DNA of 32,868 nt from an uncultured Candidatus Saccharibacteria bacterium (GCA_964418955.1 CAYQNN010000002.1:1-32868); one strand, 5' to 3'; positions 1 through 8,575 are shown, numbered from the stretch's first letter. Numbers and translations are program-made. The notes: generated by a model from the letters alone, not told the origin.

Positions 1-1
1 T

Positions 2-751
2 TTATATGCGATTAAACAACCATTGCCTTTTATTATATTATTAATAATTACCATTTTATATCTTGCCTGGTTGATTAAAAAACCTTTCTGGCACAAACCA
101 ATAAAAAGATTCAGAATTTGGCTTACTTCTCATTTTGCTGAATTTGCAATGTTGCTTGCTATTGGAATTTATTGGGCCGTAAGCTTAAAAAGTAATCTTA
201 ATATAGGCGTTCGCCATCTTTTGCCGGTTTTCCCTTTTACAATTTTATTAGTCAGTGCTGTCGCTATAAAATGGCTACGGCCGCCTTTTTCAAAATTAAA
301 AAAGGCCCTTTTGGCTTTTCTTTTACTATGGCAGGCAATTAACGTTTTTTCCATTTATCCTCATTTTCTTGCCTATTTTAACGAGTTAATGGGCGGACCA
401 AGCCAAGCCTATATTTATACTGTAGATTCTAATTTGGACTGGGGCCAAGATTTAAAAAGATTAAACGATTGGGCAGATGGCCAGGGAATTAAAAAAATTT
501 ATCTTGATTACTTCGGAGGCTCTGATACAAAATATTATCTAAAAGAAAAATTTGCCTCTTGGTGGGGAACAAGAGACCCGAAAGAGCTGCCAGAAGGAAG
601 CTACCTTGCTGTTTCGGTAACGCTCTTACAGGGAGGACGAGGAGAACCAGTTCCCGGCTTTACTCAACCCCTTGGTTATTACCGCTGGTTAAATAAATAC
701 GAACCGGTAGCAAAAATCGGCTGCTCAATTTTCGTATATCATATAAATTAA
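2..751 (+). CDS. Glycosyltransferase family 39 / ArnT-PMT-like integral membrane protein, C-terminal part (5' end lies outside the window)
   Basis: The frame is open from nt 2, and the TTG at 23 is only the ORF-track start. Several TM helices are followed by a soluble tail (YTVDSNLDWGQDLKRL...YLDYFGG) typical of lipid-carrier-dependent glycosyltransferases. A hairpin terminator lies downstream. Confidence 0.55.
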   Translation, partial: LYAIKQPLPFIILLIITILYLAWLIKKPFWHKPIKRFRIWLTSHFAEFAMLLAIGIYWAVSLKSNLNIGVRHLLPVFPFTILLVSAVAIKWLRPPFSKLKKALLAFLLLWQAINVFSIYPHFLAYFNELMGGPSQAYIYTVDSNLDWGQDLKRLNDWADGQGIKKIYLDYFGGSDTKYYLKEKFASWWGTRDPKELPEGSYLAVSVTLLQGGRGEPVPGFTQPLGYYRWLNKYEPVAKIGCSIFVYHIN

Positions 752-775
752 GACGGCGACAAACTAAAATAAATT

Positions 776-808
776 AAAAACCCGATTGCTATAATAAATC
801 GGGTTTTT
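776..808. terminator. Bidirectional intrinsic terminator
   Basis: AAAAACCCGATT-gctataata-AATCGGGTTTTT, between convergent genes. Confidence 0.75.
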
Positions 809-814
809 AATTTA

Positions 815-1672
815 TTAGTAAGTCTCTGGGAAAATAAAAATTTTATCAAACCTTAAATCAATATATTTAAGGTTTTTTCGTTTAGCAAGAGTAATGTCCT
901 CTTTTAAGATTGCCTCAAGTTCGGTTATCTGCCAATTTAAATCCTTACTTAAATTAAAATAAATCTCCCAATCTTCTGATGTTTTAACGTTTAATCTATC
1001 TCCGGATATTAGAGCTTCTTTAATTAAAATTTTAAAGTCATTTTTTAATTCTGACTTAATTTTTAGTATCTTCGTCATTTTTCCTTTTTCAACAACCATT
1101 TTTCCTAAAATTAAATTATCCACCCTGTCTGTTTTCTCTATTTTTAAAACTGAATCTTCTTCTGAATTTTCTTTAAAAATTACTCCTTCATTATCAATAG
1201 AAAAACAGCTATTATCTTGCCCGCCCAAGTCCAGCCCTTCCGTAGAAGGGCTGGACTGATTGGCTTGGCAAAAAACGGCAACCCGCTCCCTTTCTTTAAT
1301 ATTGACCAATAAGGTATTAAATAATTTTCTTTTTAATTCCACCTGGAAAATCAGAGGAAAATTTTTCAGAAGACTCTCGTCTGCCTTTCTTAAATCGGCT
1401 AAAAGAATACTTTTTGTATCAAAAAAAATAATTTTTCTGTTGAGATGGTCAAAAATCGTATTCTCAATATCATTTGTGACTATCTTTTCGTTTCCGGAAA
1501 TCTTAATTTCTTTTATTTGCAAGAAAGATGAAAAAACAAGAAAATAAAAAAGCGCTCCGATAACAATTAAAAGCAAAAAAAACAGCCAAAAAAAACGTGA
1601 CTTAAGCGCTAAAAAAATTAATCTCGATTTTTTCTTTCTATTTCGATATAATTTTTTGTATTTATATTTCAC
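815..1672 (-). CDS. ftsQ: Cell division protein FtsQ/DivIB (N-terminal TM anchor plus POTRA domain)
   Basis: 285 aa. Basic N-terminus, one TM helix, then a POTRA-like IKEIKISGNEKIVTNDIENTI...VELKRKLFNTLLVNIKERE. Lies in a peptidoglycan gene neighbourhood. Confidence 0.75.
   Translation of the reverse strand: MKYKYKKLYRNRKKKSRLIFLALKSRFFWLFFLLLIVIGALFYFLVFSSFLQIKEIKISGNEKIVTNDIENTIFDHLNRKIIFFDTKSILLADLRKADESLLKNFPLIFQVELKRKLFNTLLVNIKERERVAVFCQANQSSPSTEGLDLGGQDNSCFSIDNEGVIFKENSEEDSVLKIEKTDRVDNLILGKMVVEKGKMTKILKIKSELKNDFKILIKEALISGDRLNVKTSEDWEIYFNLSKDLNWQITELEAILKEDITLAKRKNLKYIDLRFDKIFIFPETY
1228..1257. repeat. Perfect 13-bp-arm GC-rich palindrome inside ftsQ
   Basis: AGTCCAGCCCTTC-cgta-GAAGGGCTGGACT. 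All 13 pairs checked by hand. Confidence 0.95.
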
Positions 1673-1687
1673 GAATTTTCAAAAGTA

Positions 1688-1716
1688 TTGACAAACTTAA
1701 ATTAATATGCTATATT
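1688..1716 (+). promoter_or_regulatory. sigma70-like promoter, TTGACA-17-TATATT
   Basis: Read directly from the sequence. Lies ~75 nt upstream of the 31-aa ORF. Confidence 0.6.
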
Positions 1717-1790
1717 ATAAACAGTGTAATCCGCAGTTAAAATTCAGGGTTTCTTAGGCCATCTTAACAGCTTTATTGAGGAGAAATATT

Positions 1791-1886
1791 ATGAGCCATA
1801 CGCCAATAGGAAACTATTATCCAGTTGTCGCTATAGTAATCATCTTAGTTTCAGCCGCGGCATTTATAACTATGTTGAACAGCTAA
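1791..1886 (+). CDS. Small hydrophobic peptide, 31 aa (MSHTPIGNYYPVVAIVIILVSAAAFITMLNS)
   Basis: Not in the ORF track because it is under 60 aa. ATG is preceded by GAGGAG at 8-nt spacing. It has its own TTGACA-17-TATATT promoter (1688-1716) and hairpin terminator (1918-1952). One predicted TM helix. Confidence 0.5.
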   Translation: MSHTPIGNYYPVVAIVIILVSAAAFITMLNS

Positions 1887-1917
1887 GAAAAAAGCTAAAC
1901 ATACTGGAAAAAGAATT

Positions 1918-1952
1918 AAAGCCTTGGTTAGTTATCAAACTAAGGCTTTTTT
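1918..1952. terminator. Intrinsic terminator (bulged stem plus T-run)
   Basis: AAAGCCTTGGTTAGTT-atca-AACTAAGGCTTTTTT, between convergent genes. Confidence 0.6.
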
Positions 1953-1962
1953 ATTTAAAGGA

Positions 1963-3057
1963 TTATAATCTGCGCTTGATTCTTCTTAATTTCTCAAAAA
2001 TATATGTTAAATAATAACGAGATGATAAAAGTAAATCTTGCGTTTTGATATATTCTTTTCTATAACCGCCGAATCCCATTTTAAATAAAGATAAACCTGC
2101 CCAGGGATGCTTTGATTCTCTTACATCGGATTTATCTTTAATATTAGGCGCTATCCCCCAAAAATTATATGTTTGGCATCCTCTTCTTTTTGCTTCTTTT
2201 ATCGCTTCCCATTGTAAAAGATAAGAAACCGGAATTTTTCGGTATTTAGATAAAGAAGCTCCTTGATGATAGAAACCAATATTTTGCCAAAAAACAATAA
2301 TTGCCGAAGAAACAATTTCCTCTCTATATTTCCCCAAAAATATCAATATCTGATCATCGGGTAAAAAAGAAGAAAATTCATTTTGAAGATAATTTATGGA
2401 AAAAGGCACAAATTTATGCCGTTCCGCTGTCAGGAAATAAATTTTATTAAATTCTTCCAAATCTTCAATATTCCTGCTTTTTACAATCTCAATATCCGTG
2501 TTTTTTTCTGCCTGTCTTATTAAATATCTGGCAGTTTTTCGCATTCCCATTAAAAGTTCTTCTTCTGATAGTTTAAGATTCAATTCCCAGGTAACTTCGG
2601 GGTGGATATGAATCGGGGCCTTTCTAAAGCCAAGTTTTTTAAAAATGTTTGTATTCTCTTCTTCTCTTTCCCCGCCTGCAACACTTCCCGCTGGAAGTGG
2701 GATGCGGGCTGGCCAAATAGGAGCAATTCTTATAAAACTTACTTTCTCTTTTTTGGCAATTATTTTAAGTTCATCTAATAACGTTCCTAATGCTTGGTTA
2801 TTGTTTCTTGGTGATTGGTTATTGACATTGGGTCCATGAGGAACAAACAAAAAAGTTCCTCTTTTTGCTTTAATTTTAACAACCAAAGCTAAAGCAAAAA
2901 GTTTTTCGCCGTTATATATTCCAAGCCGCCAAATCTTTTCGCCTTCTTTTTTCTGAAACTCGCCCCAGTTCCAAGAATCCAAAAAGGTTTTCTCCCTACA
3001 TCCTAATAAGAAATTTTCCCAAACTTCTTTATTGTTTATTTCTTTTACTTCCATCAT
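1963..3057 (-). CDS. FemAB-family peptidoglycan interpeptide-bridge aminoacyltransferase
   Basis: 364 aa. Family-typical FLFVPHGP, FYHQGASLSKYRKIPVSYLLQWEAIKEAKRRGCQTYNFWGI and a C-terminal FKMGFGG. Confidence 0.8.
   Translation of the reverse strand: MMEVKEINNKEVWENFLLGCREKTFLDSWNWGEFQKKEGEKIWRLGIYNGEKLFALALVVKIKAKRGTFLFVPHGPNVNNQSPRNNNQALGTLLDELKIIAKKEKVSFIRIAPIWPARIPLPAGSVAGGEREEENTNIFKKLGFRKAPIHIHPEVTWELNLKLSEEELLMGMRKTARYLIRQAEKNTDIEIVKSRNIEDLEEFNKIYFLTAERHKFVPFSINYLQNEFSSFLPDDQILIFLGKYREEIVSSAIIVFWQNIGFYHQGASLSKYRKIPVSYLLQWEAIKEAKRRGCQTYNFWGIAPNIKDKSDVRESKHPWAGLSLFKMGFGGYRKEYIKTQDLLLSSRYYLTYIFEKLRRIKRRL
2671..2708. repeat. CCCGC..GCGGG nested palindrome inside the FemAB gene
   Basis: Outer CCCGC (2671-75) pairs with GCGGG (2704-08). 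Inner CACTTCC-cgct-GGAAGTG (2682-2699). Contains CCCGCTGGAAGTGGG. Confidence 0.85.
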
Positions 3058-3059
3058 TT

Positions 3060-4319
3060 TTATTCTAACATATTTAGAAAATCTACTATTTTTTGGGCCT
3101 GCTTTTGAGAGATATTTATATGGGTTGGCAGATTCAAGGTTATTTTAGATAGCTTCTCGGCCTTTGGACAACTGCCCATTTTATATTTTACTTTATCTAT
3201 GTTCGTATCATAAGGAGCGATTGGGGTTGTGTACCAATCCCCTATTAAAAGATTTCTTTCCCATGCCTTTTTAATTATCTGGTGAGCTTTAGGATGTTTT
3301 ATTGTAAAACGCAAAAATATATTTTTTCTCTCTGGGTATTTTTTTGGAAGTTCAAAAGATGATTTTTTCAAATTTTCAGAGTAAAAATCGGCTATTTTTT
3401 TTCGGTGATTATTAAACTTTTCTAATTTTAGAAACTGATTTTTGGCAAGCAAGACCAAAGCGTTTGGCATTCTTCTGGGAAAATAAGACGGTCTTTTGCC
3501 TTGTTTTTCTTTCCAGTGAACCGCCTTAGACAAAATATGAAACCATTGAGATAAAACTAAAATAATCTTACCGATTAAAATTTTATAAGTTGGCAGGATT
3601 AAAAAATTCATTAGAATAGGATGCAACAGTTGTTGTAACGTCCAATAATATGAGGGATAAGCAAGTTTGTCCTGAATTTGGCGAAGTTTTTCGCCAAGCG
3701 AAGGATCGTTAGTTACCGCCATTCCCCCATAGACAGAAGAAATTATTTTGTCCCGGGAAAAACTGAAAAAAGCGGCCTTGCCAAAAGTTCCAACTTTTTG
3801 GCCCTTGCGATTAGCCCCTAAAGAATGGGCGCAATCTTCAATTAGAATCAAGTTATTTTGCCGCGCAATATCCAAAATTTGAGCCATTTCCGCAGGTAAG
3901 CCAAATGTATGCTGAATTATTAACGCTTTGCTCTTAGGCGTTATCTTTTTCCTTAAATCTTCAACATCAATATTAAAATCATCTTCATTACAATCAACAT
4001 AAACGGGTTTCAACCCCGACCATAATATCGGATTAGACGCGGCATTGCAGGTAAATGCCTGAAGTAAAATTTCACCTCCCGACTCCGAATCAAGGGCTCT
4101 CAAAATTGCTATTAGAGAAGAACGGCCGCTATTGAAAGAAAAAGCGTATTTTATTCCAAGATATTCTTTAAATTGATTTTCTAATTCCTTAATCGCCTTC
4201 CCTTTTTTCCACTTCCAGGGCTGAAAGATTAATTTTAAAGTTAACCAAATATCGTCTTTTTGGGTGTTTGGAGATAAAGATATTGTAATTGGCTTAAATG
4301 CTTGACAAAATTTAAACAT
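3060..4319 (-). CDS. DegT/DnrJ/EryC1/StrS-family PLP-dependent aminotransferase
   Basis: 419 aa. FNSGRSSLIAILRAL, IEDCAHSLGA and the PLP-lysine region FSFSRDKIISS. Contains an extra hydrophobic segment (LLHPILMNFLILPTYKILIGKIILVLSQWF). Confidence 0.8.
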   Translation of the reverse strand: MFKFCQAFKPITISLSPNTQKDDIWLTLKLIFQPWKWKKGKAIKELENQFKEYLGIKYAFSFNSGRSSLIAILRALDSESGGEILLQAFTCNAASNPILWSGLKPVYVDCNEDDFNIDVEDLRKKITPKSKALIIQHTFGLPAEMAQILDIARQNNLILIEDCAHSLGANRKGQKVGTFGKAAFFSFSRDKIISSVYGGMAVTNDPSLGEKLRQIQDKLAYPSYYWTLQQLLHPILMNFLILPTYKILIGKIILVLSQWFHILSKAVHWKEKQGKRPSYFPRRMPNALVLLAKNQFLKLEKFNNHRKKIADFYSENLKKSSFELPKKYPERKNIFLRFTIKHPKAHQIIKKAWERNLLIGDWYTTPIAPYDTNIDKVKYKMGSCPKAEKLSKITLNLPTHINISQKQAQKIVDFLNMLE

Positions 4320-4389
4320 ATGCTATGATGTAATTAGTAAAAAAGGAGTAAAATTTGTTCATTCACAATTTAATTGGGAAGGAAAGAAA

Positions 4390-4818
4390 ATGAAAAAAAA
4401 ACTAAATCTCCTTAAAAAATTTGAACATACTGACAAAAACTTTCTAATATTCTTGCTTTTATTAGCGTTTCTTGTTTCAATTATAAGCCTTGTTGCCTAT
4501 ACGCTACGGACCCCTCTACCCAAAAGCGAGAAACTTATTGGCAAAACTCCGACTTACGAAAGCGGGTATCTCATCCGTTATCTGGACAAGCAAGTCGCGA
4601 TAGTTATGATCCGAGTTAACAAAGACGACCCGAAAGAAAAAGCCAATGATCTCTTTATTTCAGCCAAAGCGGCAATCGAGAAATCGGACGTTCTTCGACC
4701 GAAAAAGATAGTTCATACGGTTCCGCTTAAACCGATTGATAGCTCAACAGAAGAAAATATCACGATAGAAAAATTCGTGATTATCGTGCAACCGATTGAA
4801 CCTAACTTTCCCTCCTAA
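4390..4818 (+). CDS. Hypothetical N-terminally membrane-anchored protein
   Basis: 142 aa. GGAAGG Shine-Dalgarno upstream, one TM helix (FLIFLLLLAFLVSIISLVAY), hairpin terminator at 4869-4906. No recognisable domain. Confidence 0.5.
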   Translation: MKKKLNLLKKFEHTDKNFLIFLLLLAFLVSIISLVAYTLRTPLPKSEKLIGKTPTYESGYLIRYLDKQVAIVMIRVNKDDPKEKANDLFISAKAAIEKSDVLRPKKIVHTVPLKPIDSSTEENITIEKFVIIVQPIEPNFPS

Positions 4819-4868
4819 CTCACTTCAAACCTCACCAAGGCCCTCACTCCTCCAAAAGGGCTATCTTT

Positions 4869-4906
4869 AAGCGTCAGATTCTTAAAATGAACTTGACGCT
4901 TTTTTA
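4869..4906 (+). terminator. Intrinsic terminator
   Basis: AAGCGTCA...TGACGCTT followed by TTTT. Confidence 0.55.
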
Positions 4907-6451
4907 TTTTAGTAATTCTATCACTTCTTTTGGCGCTCTGCCCTCTAAAAGAATTACATCTTCTGAACCAGAAAAATCTTTTAATTCAAGATTATTATGT
5001 TCATACCTTGGCGAATCAAGGTTCTGGCGAGCGTTAGCGAGGCAGGTTCTTATTTTCCCTATAATTTCTTTCGGTTTCTCTAAAAGCAAAGCGTTTGGCG
5101 CTTCCTGTTTTATTTCTCTAAAATAATCTTTTGTGGTAATTATCGCCAGGTCGCAAATTTGATTGATTTTTCTGCCAATCTTCCGGTGAATCCCGCTGGA
5201 AGCGGGACCCAATTCAATTAGACAGGGCATTATAATAACTTTTTTTCCTTTATAAAGTTTTAAATAGTCCAAATCAGCAATTACTCCTTGAGGATTTGCC
5301 GAATAAGAAGAATCAATAATGGTAGGACTTTTTCCTGCCTGCCGGCCGGCAGGTTTTTTTAAAAATTTAATTCCTCCCTGCTCCGGTTTAATTTTTAAAC
5401 AAGCTTTGGAAATTTCTTTTAATGTCATCCCTAATTTTTTAGCGTAGCAAGCAGCCAATGAAATGTTTTCAATATTTTGGTTTCCTAATAAGTTTAGTCT
5501 AAAGTGAGCAGAATCCCCATCTCGAGAAATCGCTTTAAAAGAAATAAACTCTTTCTCTATTTTTATATCCTCTGCCCAAACGTCAGGATTTAATATATTT
5601 TCAACAATGGCCTGTATTAAATTGCCGTTACAAAGCTCCTTCTTAATTTTAGTCTTCCTATAAAGCTGAACGCAATATTCATTAACCCCGTTAAAAATTG
5701 CCGTTCCATCTTCGGGCAAATTTTCAATTAATTCGTATTTCCCTGCAATAATGTTTTCTTGGGAACCGAAAGTAGATAAATGCTGTTCATTAATGCCGGT
5801 TAAAATGCCAATTTTCGGCTGGAGCATCTGGCAAACCTCTTTTATTTTTCCTTTCTCATAAGCGCCTACTTCGGCAATAAAAATTTGGTGTTCCGCTGTC
5901 AGCTCGTTCAAAATAGCTCGGGCAATTCCTATTTCAGCATTAATATGTTTTTTTGTTTTTAGGACTTTAAATTTCTGAGATAAAATCGTGGCTAAAAATT
6001 CTTTAGTAGAGGTTTTACCGTAACTGCCGGTAATGCCAACAGCTATCAGGTTTTTAAATTGCTCTCTCTTTTTTCTCGCCCTGTTTAAGGTTCTTTTTAT
6101 TAAAATAATCGCCGGAATTTGAAAAAGCAAAACCAAAAAAGAAAAAATTATTGGAGCAAGAATAAATAAAACTAAAAATAGAAAATAGAACAAAAAATTG
6201 GATAAACTAAAAGAATAAAATAAAATTAATAGTTCGCCCAATACTCCAAAAATTAAAATAATAATGGTCTTTTTGGTCGGTTTTGGATATCTTAAGCCGT
6301 GTAAACTGAAAAATAACTTTCTTAATTTCTGGGTTTCAAAGTGAGCTTTGAATCTGCCCCAGTGATATTCTTTTAATTGCCAAAGCCAAAGCCAAAATAA
6401 AAGGAGTTTTGTAAAAACTAAAAGCCAAATAATTGCGATAAATATCTTCAT
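4904..6451 (-). CDS. murF: UDP-MurNAc-tripeptide--D-Ala-D-Ala ligase (MurF) with a multi-TM N-terminal extension
   Basis: 515 aa. Mur ligase P-loop GITGSYGKTSTKE, then NAEIGIARAIL and AEVGAYEKGKIKEV...GINEQHLSTFGS, which are MurF-like. The first ~125 aa form about 4 TM helices in place of the usual N-terminal domain. Confidence 0.85.
   Translation of the reverse strand: MKIFIAIIWLLVFTKLLLFWLWLWQLKEYHWGRFKAHFETQKLRKLFFSLHGLRYPKPTKKTIIILIFGVLGELLILFYSFSLSNFLFYFLFLVLFILAPIIFSFLVLLFQIPAIILIKRTLNRARKKREQFKNLIAVGITGSYGKTSTKEFLATILSQKFKVLKTKKHINAEIGIARAILNELTAEHQIFIAEVGAYEKGKIKEVCQMLQPKIGILTGINEQHLSTFGSQENIIAGKYELIENLPEDGTAIFNGVNEYCVQLYRKTKIKKELCNGNLIQAIVENILNPDVWAEDIKIEKEFISFKAISRDGDSAHFRLNLLGNQNIENISLAACYAKKLGMTLKEISKACLKIKPEQGGIKFLKKPAGRQAGKSPTIIDSSYSANPQGVIADLDYLKLYKGKKVIIMPCLIELGPASSGIHRKIGRKINQICDLAIITTKDYFREIKQEAPNALLLEKPKEIIGKIRTCLANARQNLDSPRYEHNNLELKDFSGSEDVILLEGRAPKEVIELLK
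5191..5205. repeat. CCCGCTGGAAGCGGG mini-palindrome inside murF
   Basis: Exact 15-mer, also present at 27266-27280. Confidence 0.9.
5339..5352. repeat. Perfect 14-nt palindrome CTGCCGGCCGGCAG inside murF
   Basis: Flanked by T-runs. Encodes KKPAGRQAGK. Confidence 0.85.
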
Positions 6452-7239
6452 TGCAAAAATTTAATTATTATCTCCGATAATTTTCCCGGTGCCTCTAAAT
6501 GGGGGCTATGACCCACTCCCGTCAAAACTTCTAATTTTGAATCTTTGATATTCGCCTTAAAGATAGAAGCGTACTTCAAGGGAATTAATTTATCATTTTT
6601 CCCCCAGGCAAGTAAGGTTTCTATATTAATTCTCGAAAGCAAAGGAAGTAAATCTTCTTTTAATATTTTTTTGAACATCTCCCTCATTATTCCCTTTGTT
6701 TTAACATAATCAGCGCGGCGCAAAAAAAGATAAAACATATTTCTAACAGCGTCTTTAAATACCCGTAAAGGTTTTAAAGAAAAAACAGCATCGCCGAAGC
6801 TTGCTATCAAAAGAGCCATTCTCCTTTTTAGGTTTGGCTTTATTCTAAGACCGGCCGGAGAGCACAAAACTAACTTCTTAATTTTATCCGGATATCTCGC
6901 TGCTAATTTTATCGCTACTCTTCCCCCAAAAGAATGAGCTAAAACAGAAAAATTTTCCAAATTCAAAAAATTAATAAATTCAACCAGCCAAGCTAAATAA
7001 TCATCAAGCCGCCATATTTTTAGAGGGGTCTTGCTTTTCCCGAATCCTGGAAAATCGGGACAAATAACTTTAAATCCATTCTTGGATAAAATTTCCTGAA
7101 CTTTTATCCAAGAATCAGACGAACTGCCCCAGCCATGTAAAATCAAGACCTGCCCGCTGGCAGGCAGAGAGGTCTTTTCATCTTCAATAATTTTGTAGTT
7201 AGTTTCTAAGCCCCTGATAAGAATTTTTTGTTCCGTCAT
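6448..7239 (-). CDS. Alpha/beta-fold hydrolase
   Basis: 263 aa. LILHGWGSS, nucleophile elbow AHSFGG and a C-terminal GHSPHLE. There is a 4-nt ATGA overlap with the murF start. Confidence 0.8.
   Translation of the reverse strand: MTEQKILIRGLETNYKIIEDEKTSLPASGQVLILHGWGSSSDSWIKVQEILSKNGFKVICPDFPGFGKSKTPLKIWRLDDYLAWLVEFINFLNLENFSVLAHSFGGRVAIKLAARYPDKIKKLVLCSPAGLRIKPNLKRRMALLIASFGDAVFSLKPLRVFKDAVRNMFYLFLRRADYVKTKGIMREMFKKILKEDLLPLLSRINIETLLAWGKNDKLIPLKYASIFKANIKDSKLEVLTGVGHSPHLEAPGKLSEIIIKFLQ
7145..7176. repeat. Nested GC-rich inverted repeats inside the hydrolase gene
   Basis: AAGACCT...AGGTCTT, and CCTGCC-cgct-GGCAGG. Contains CCCGCTGG. Confidence 0.8.
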
Positions 7240-7248
7240 TAGTTTATT

Positions 7249-7300
7249 AGAGACCCGACCTCTATTTAAGCTTCGCAGTTTTTTTAGAGGTCGGGTCTCT
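7249..7300. repeat. Perfect 16-bp-arm inverted repeat in the serS-hydrolase intergenic region
   Basis: AGAGACCCGACCTCTA-N20-TAGAGGTCGGGTCTCT. No U-run follows on the transcribed strand. Confidence 0.95.
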
Positions 7301-7309
7301 CTTTCAATC

Positions 7310-8575
7310 TTACTTTATTTCTTTAAATCCAGTGTATTTTTGCAAAACTTCTGGAACTTTTATACTTCCGTCTTTTTGCTGATAATTTTCAATAATCGCA
7401 ATCAGAGTTCTACCTATGGCGAAAGCGGTTCCGTTTAAAGTATGAACAAAATTTAATTTTCCTTTTTTGTTCCGATATCTCGTGTTTAGTCTTCTTGCCT
7501 GAAAATCGGTACAATTTGAAACAGAATGAGTTTCCCGATAACGTTTTTGGGAAGGCAGCCAGGTCTCTATATCGTATTTTGCGGCAGCAGGCCTAGCCAG
7601 ATCTCCAACGCAGGTATTAACTACCCTGTAGGGCAATTTTAGAGATTGCATTAATTCTTCTTCTGTCTTTAATAAAAATTTATGTTCTTTAACTGATTCC
7701 TCGGATCGGCAGAAACTAAGCATTTCTAATTTATCAAATTGATGAACTCTTAATATTCCCCTGGTATCTTTTCCATAACTGCCGGCTTCTTCTCTGAAAC
7801 AGGTTGAGAAAGAGATATATCGCTTGGGCAGTTCTTTTTCTTGGAATATCTCATCTTGATGCATCGGCACTACTGACTGTTCAGATGTCCCAACCAAAAA
7901 CAAATTATCTTTTTTAAAAAAATATCTTTCCGCTAAATCTTCTTTTGTGTCAATATATCCCATTCCTTTCATTATCTCCGATTTTATTAAAACGGGAGGA
8001 ATAACAGGAATAAAGCCCTTTTTAATCAATTTTTCAAAAACAAAATTAACTAAAGCGAATTCAATTAGAACTGCTTCGTTTTTCAAATAACCAAAACGGC
8101 TCCCCGAAACCTTGGCTGCCCTTTTTACGTCAATCAAATCAAGATTTTCGGCAATTTCCAAATAATCTTTCTGTTTAAAACCGAATTTTATTTTCTTCCC
8201 GACTTGTCGCACAATAACATTATCTTTTTCTTCTTTGCCGGCCGGCACATCGTCAAAAGATAAGTTTGGAATTTGATACATTAATTCTTGAAACTTTCCT
8301 TCAATGTCTTTCAGATTTTTTTCCAGCTTATCTCCCTTTTTATCAATTTTCCGCATCCCTAAAATAATTTTCTGTTTCTCTTTTTTGTTTTTAGCTATAG
8401 CGATTTTCTTGCTGGCATCATTTTTTTCAGCTCTTATTCTCTCTATTTTTTGCAGATTTTCTCTCTTTTCTTTATCCACTTTTAAAAGCTTGTCAATATC
8501 AACTTTGACCTGTCTTTTTTTACAGGCCTCTTTTACTTTTTTTGGATTTTCCCTAATGAATTTTACATCTAACAT
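7310..8575 (-). CDS. serS: Seryl-tRNA synthetase
   Basis: 421 aa. N-terminal coiled-coil arm, then class II motifs FREEAGSYGKDTRGILRVHQF and LNGTAFAIGRTLIAIIENYQ. Confidence 0.95.
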   Translation of the reverse strand: MLDVKFIRENPKKVKEACKKRQVKVDIDKLLKVDKEKRENLQKIERIRAEKNDASKKIAIAKNKKEKQKIILGMRKIDKKGDKLEKNLKDIEGKFQELMYQIPNLSFDDVPAGKEEKDNVIVRQVGKKIKFGFKQKDYLEIAENLDLIDVKRAAKVSGSRFGYLKNEAVLIEFALVNFVFEKLIKKGFIPVIPPVLIKSEIMKGMGYIDTKEDLAERYFFKKDNLFLVGTSEQSVVPMHQDEIFQEKELPKRYISFSTCFREEAGSYGKDTRGILRVHQFDKLEMLSFCRSEESVKEHKFLLKTEEELMQSLKLPYRVVNTCVGDLARPAAAKYDIETWLPSQKRYRETHSVSNCTDFQARRLNTRYRNKKGKLNFVHTLNGTAFAIGRTLIAIIENYQQKDGSIKVPEVLQKYTGFKEIK

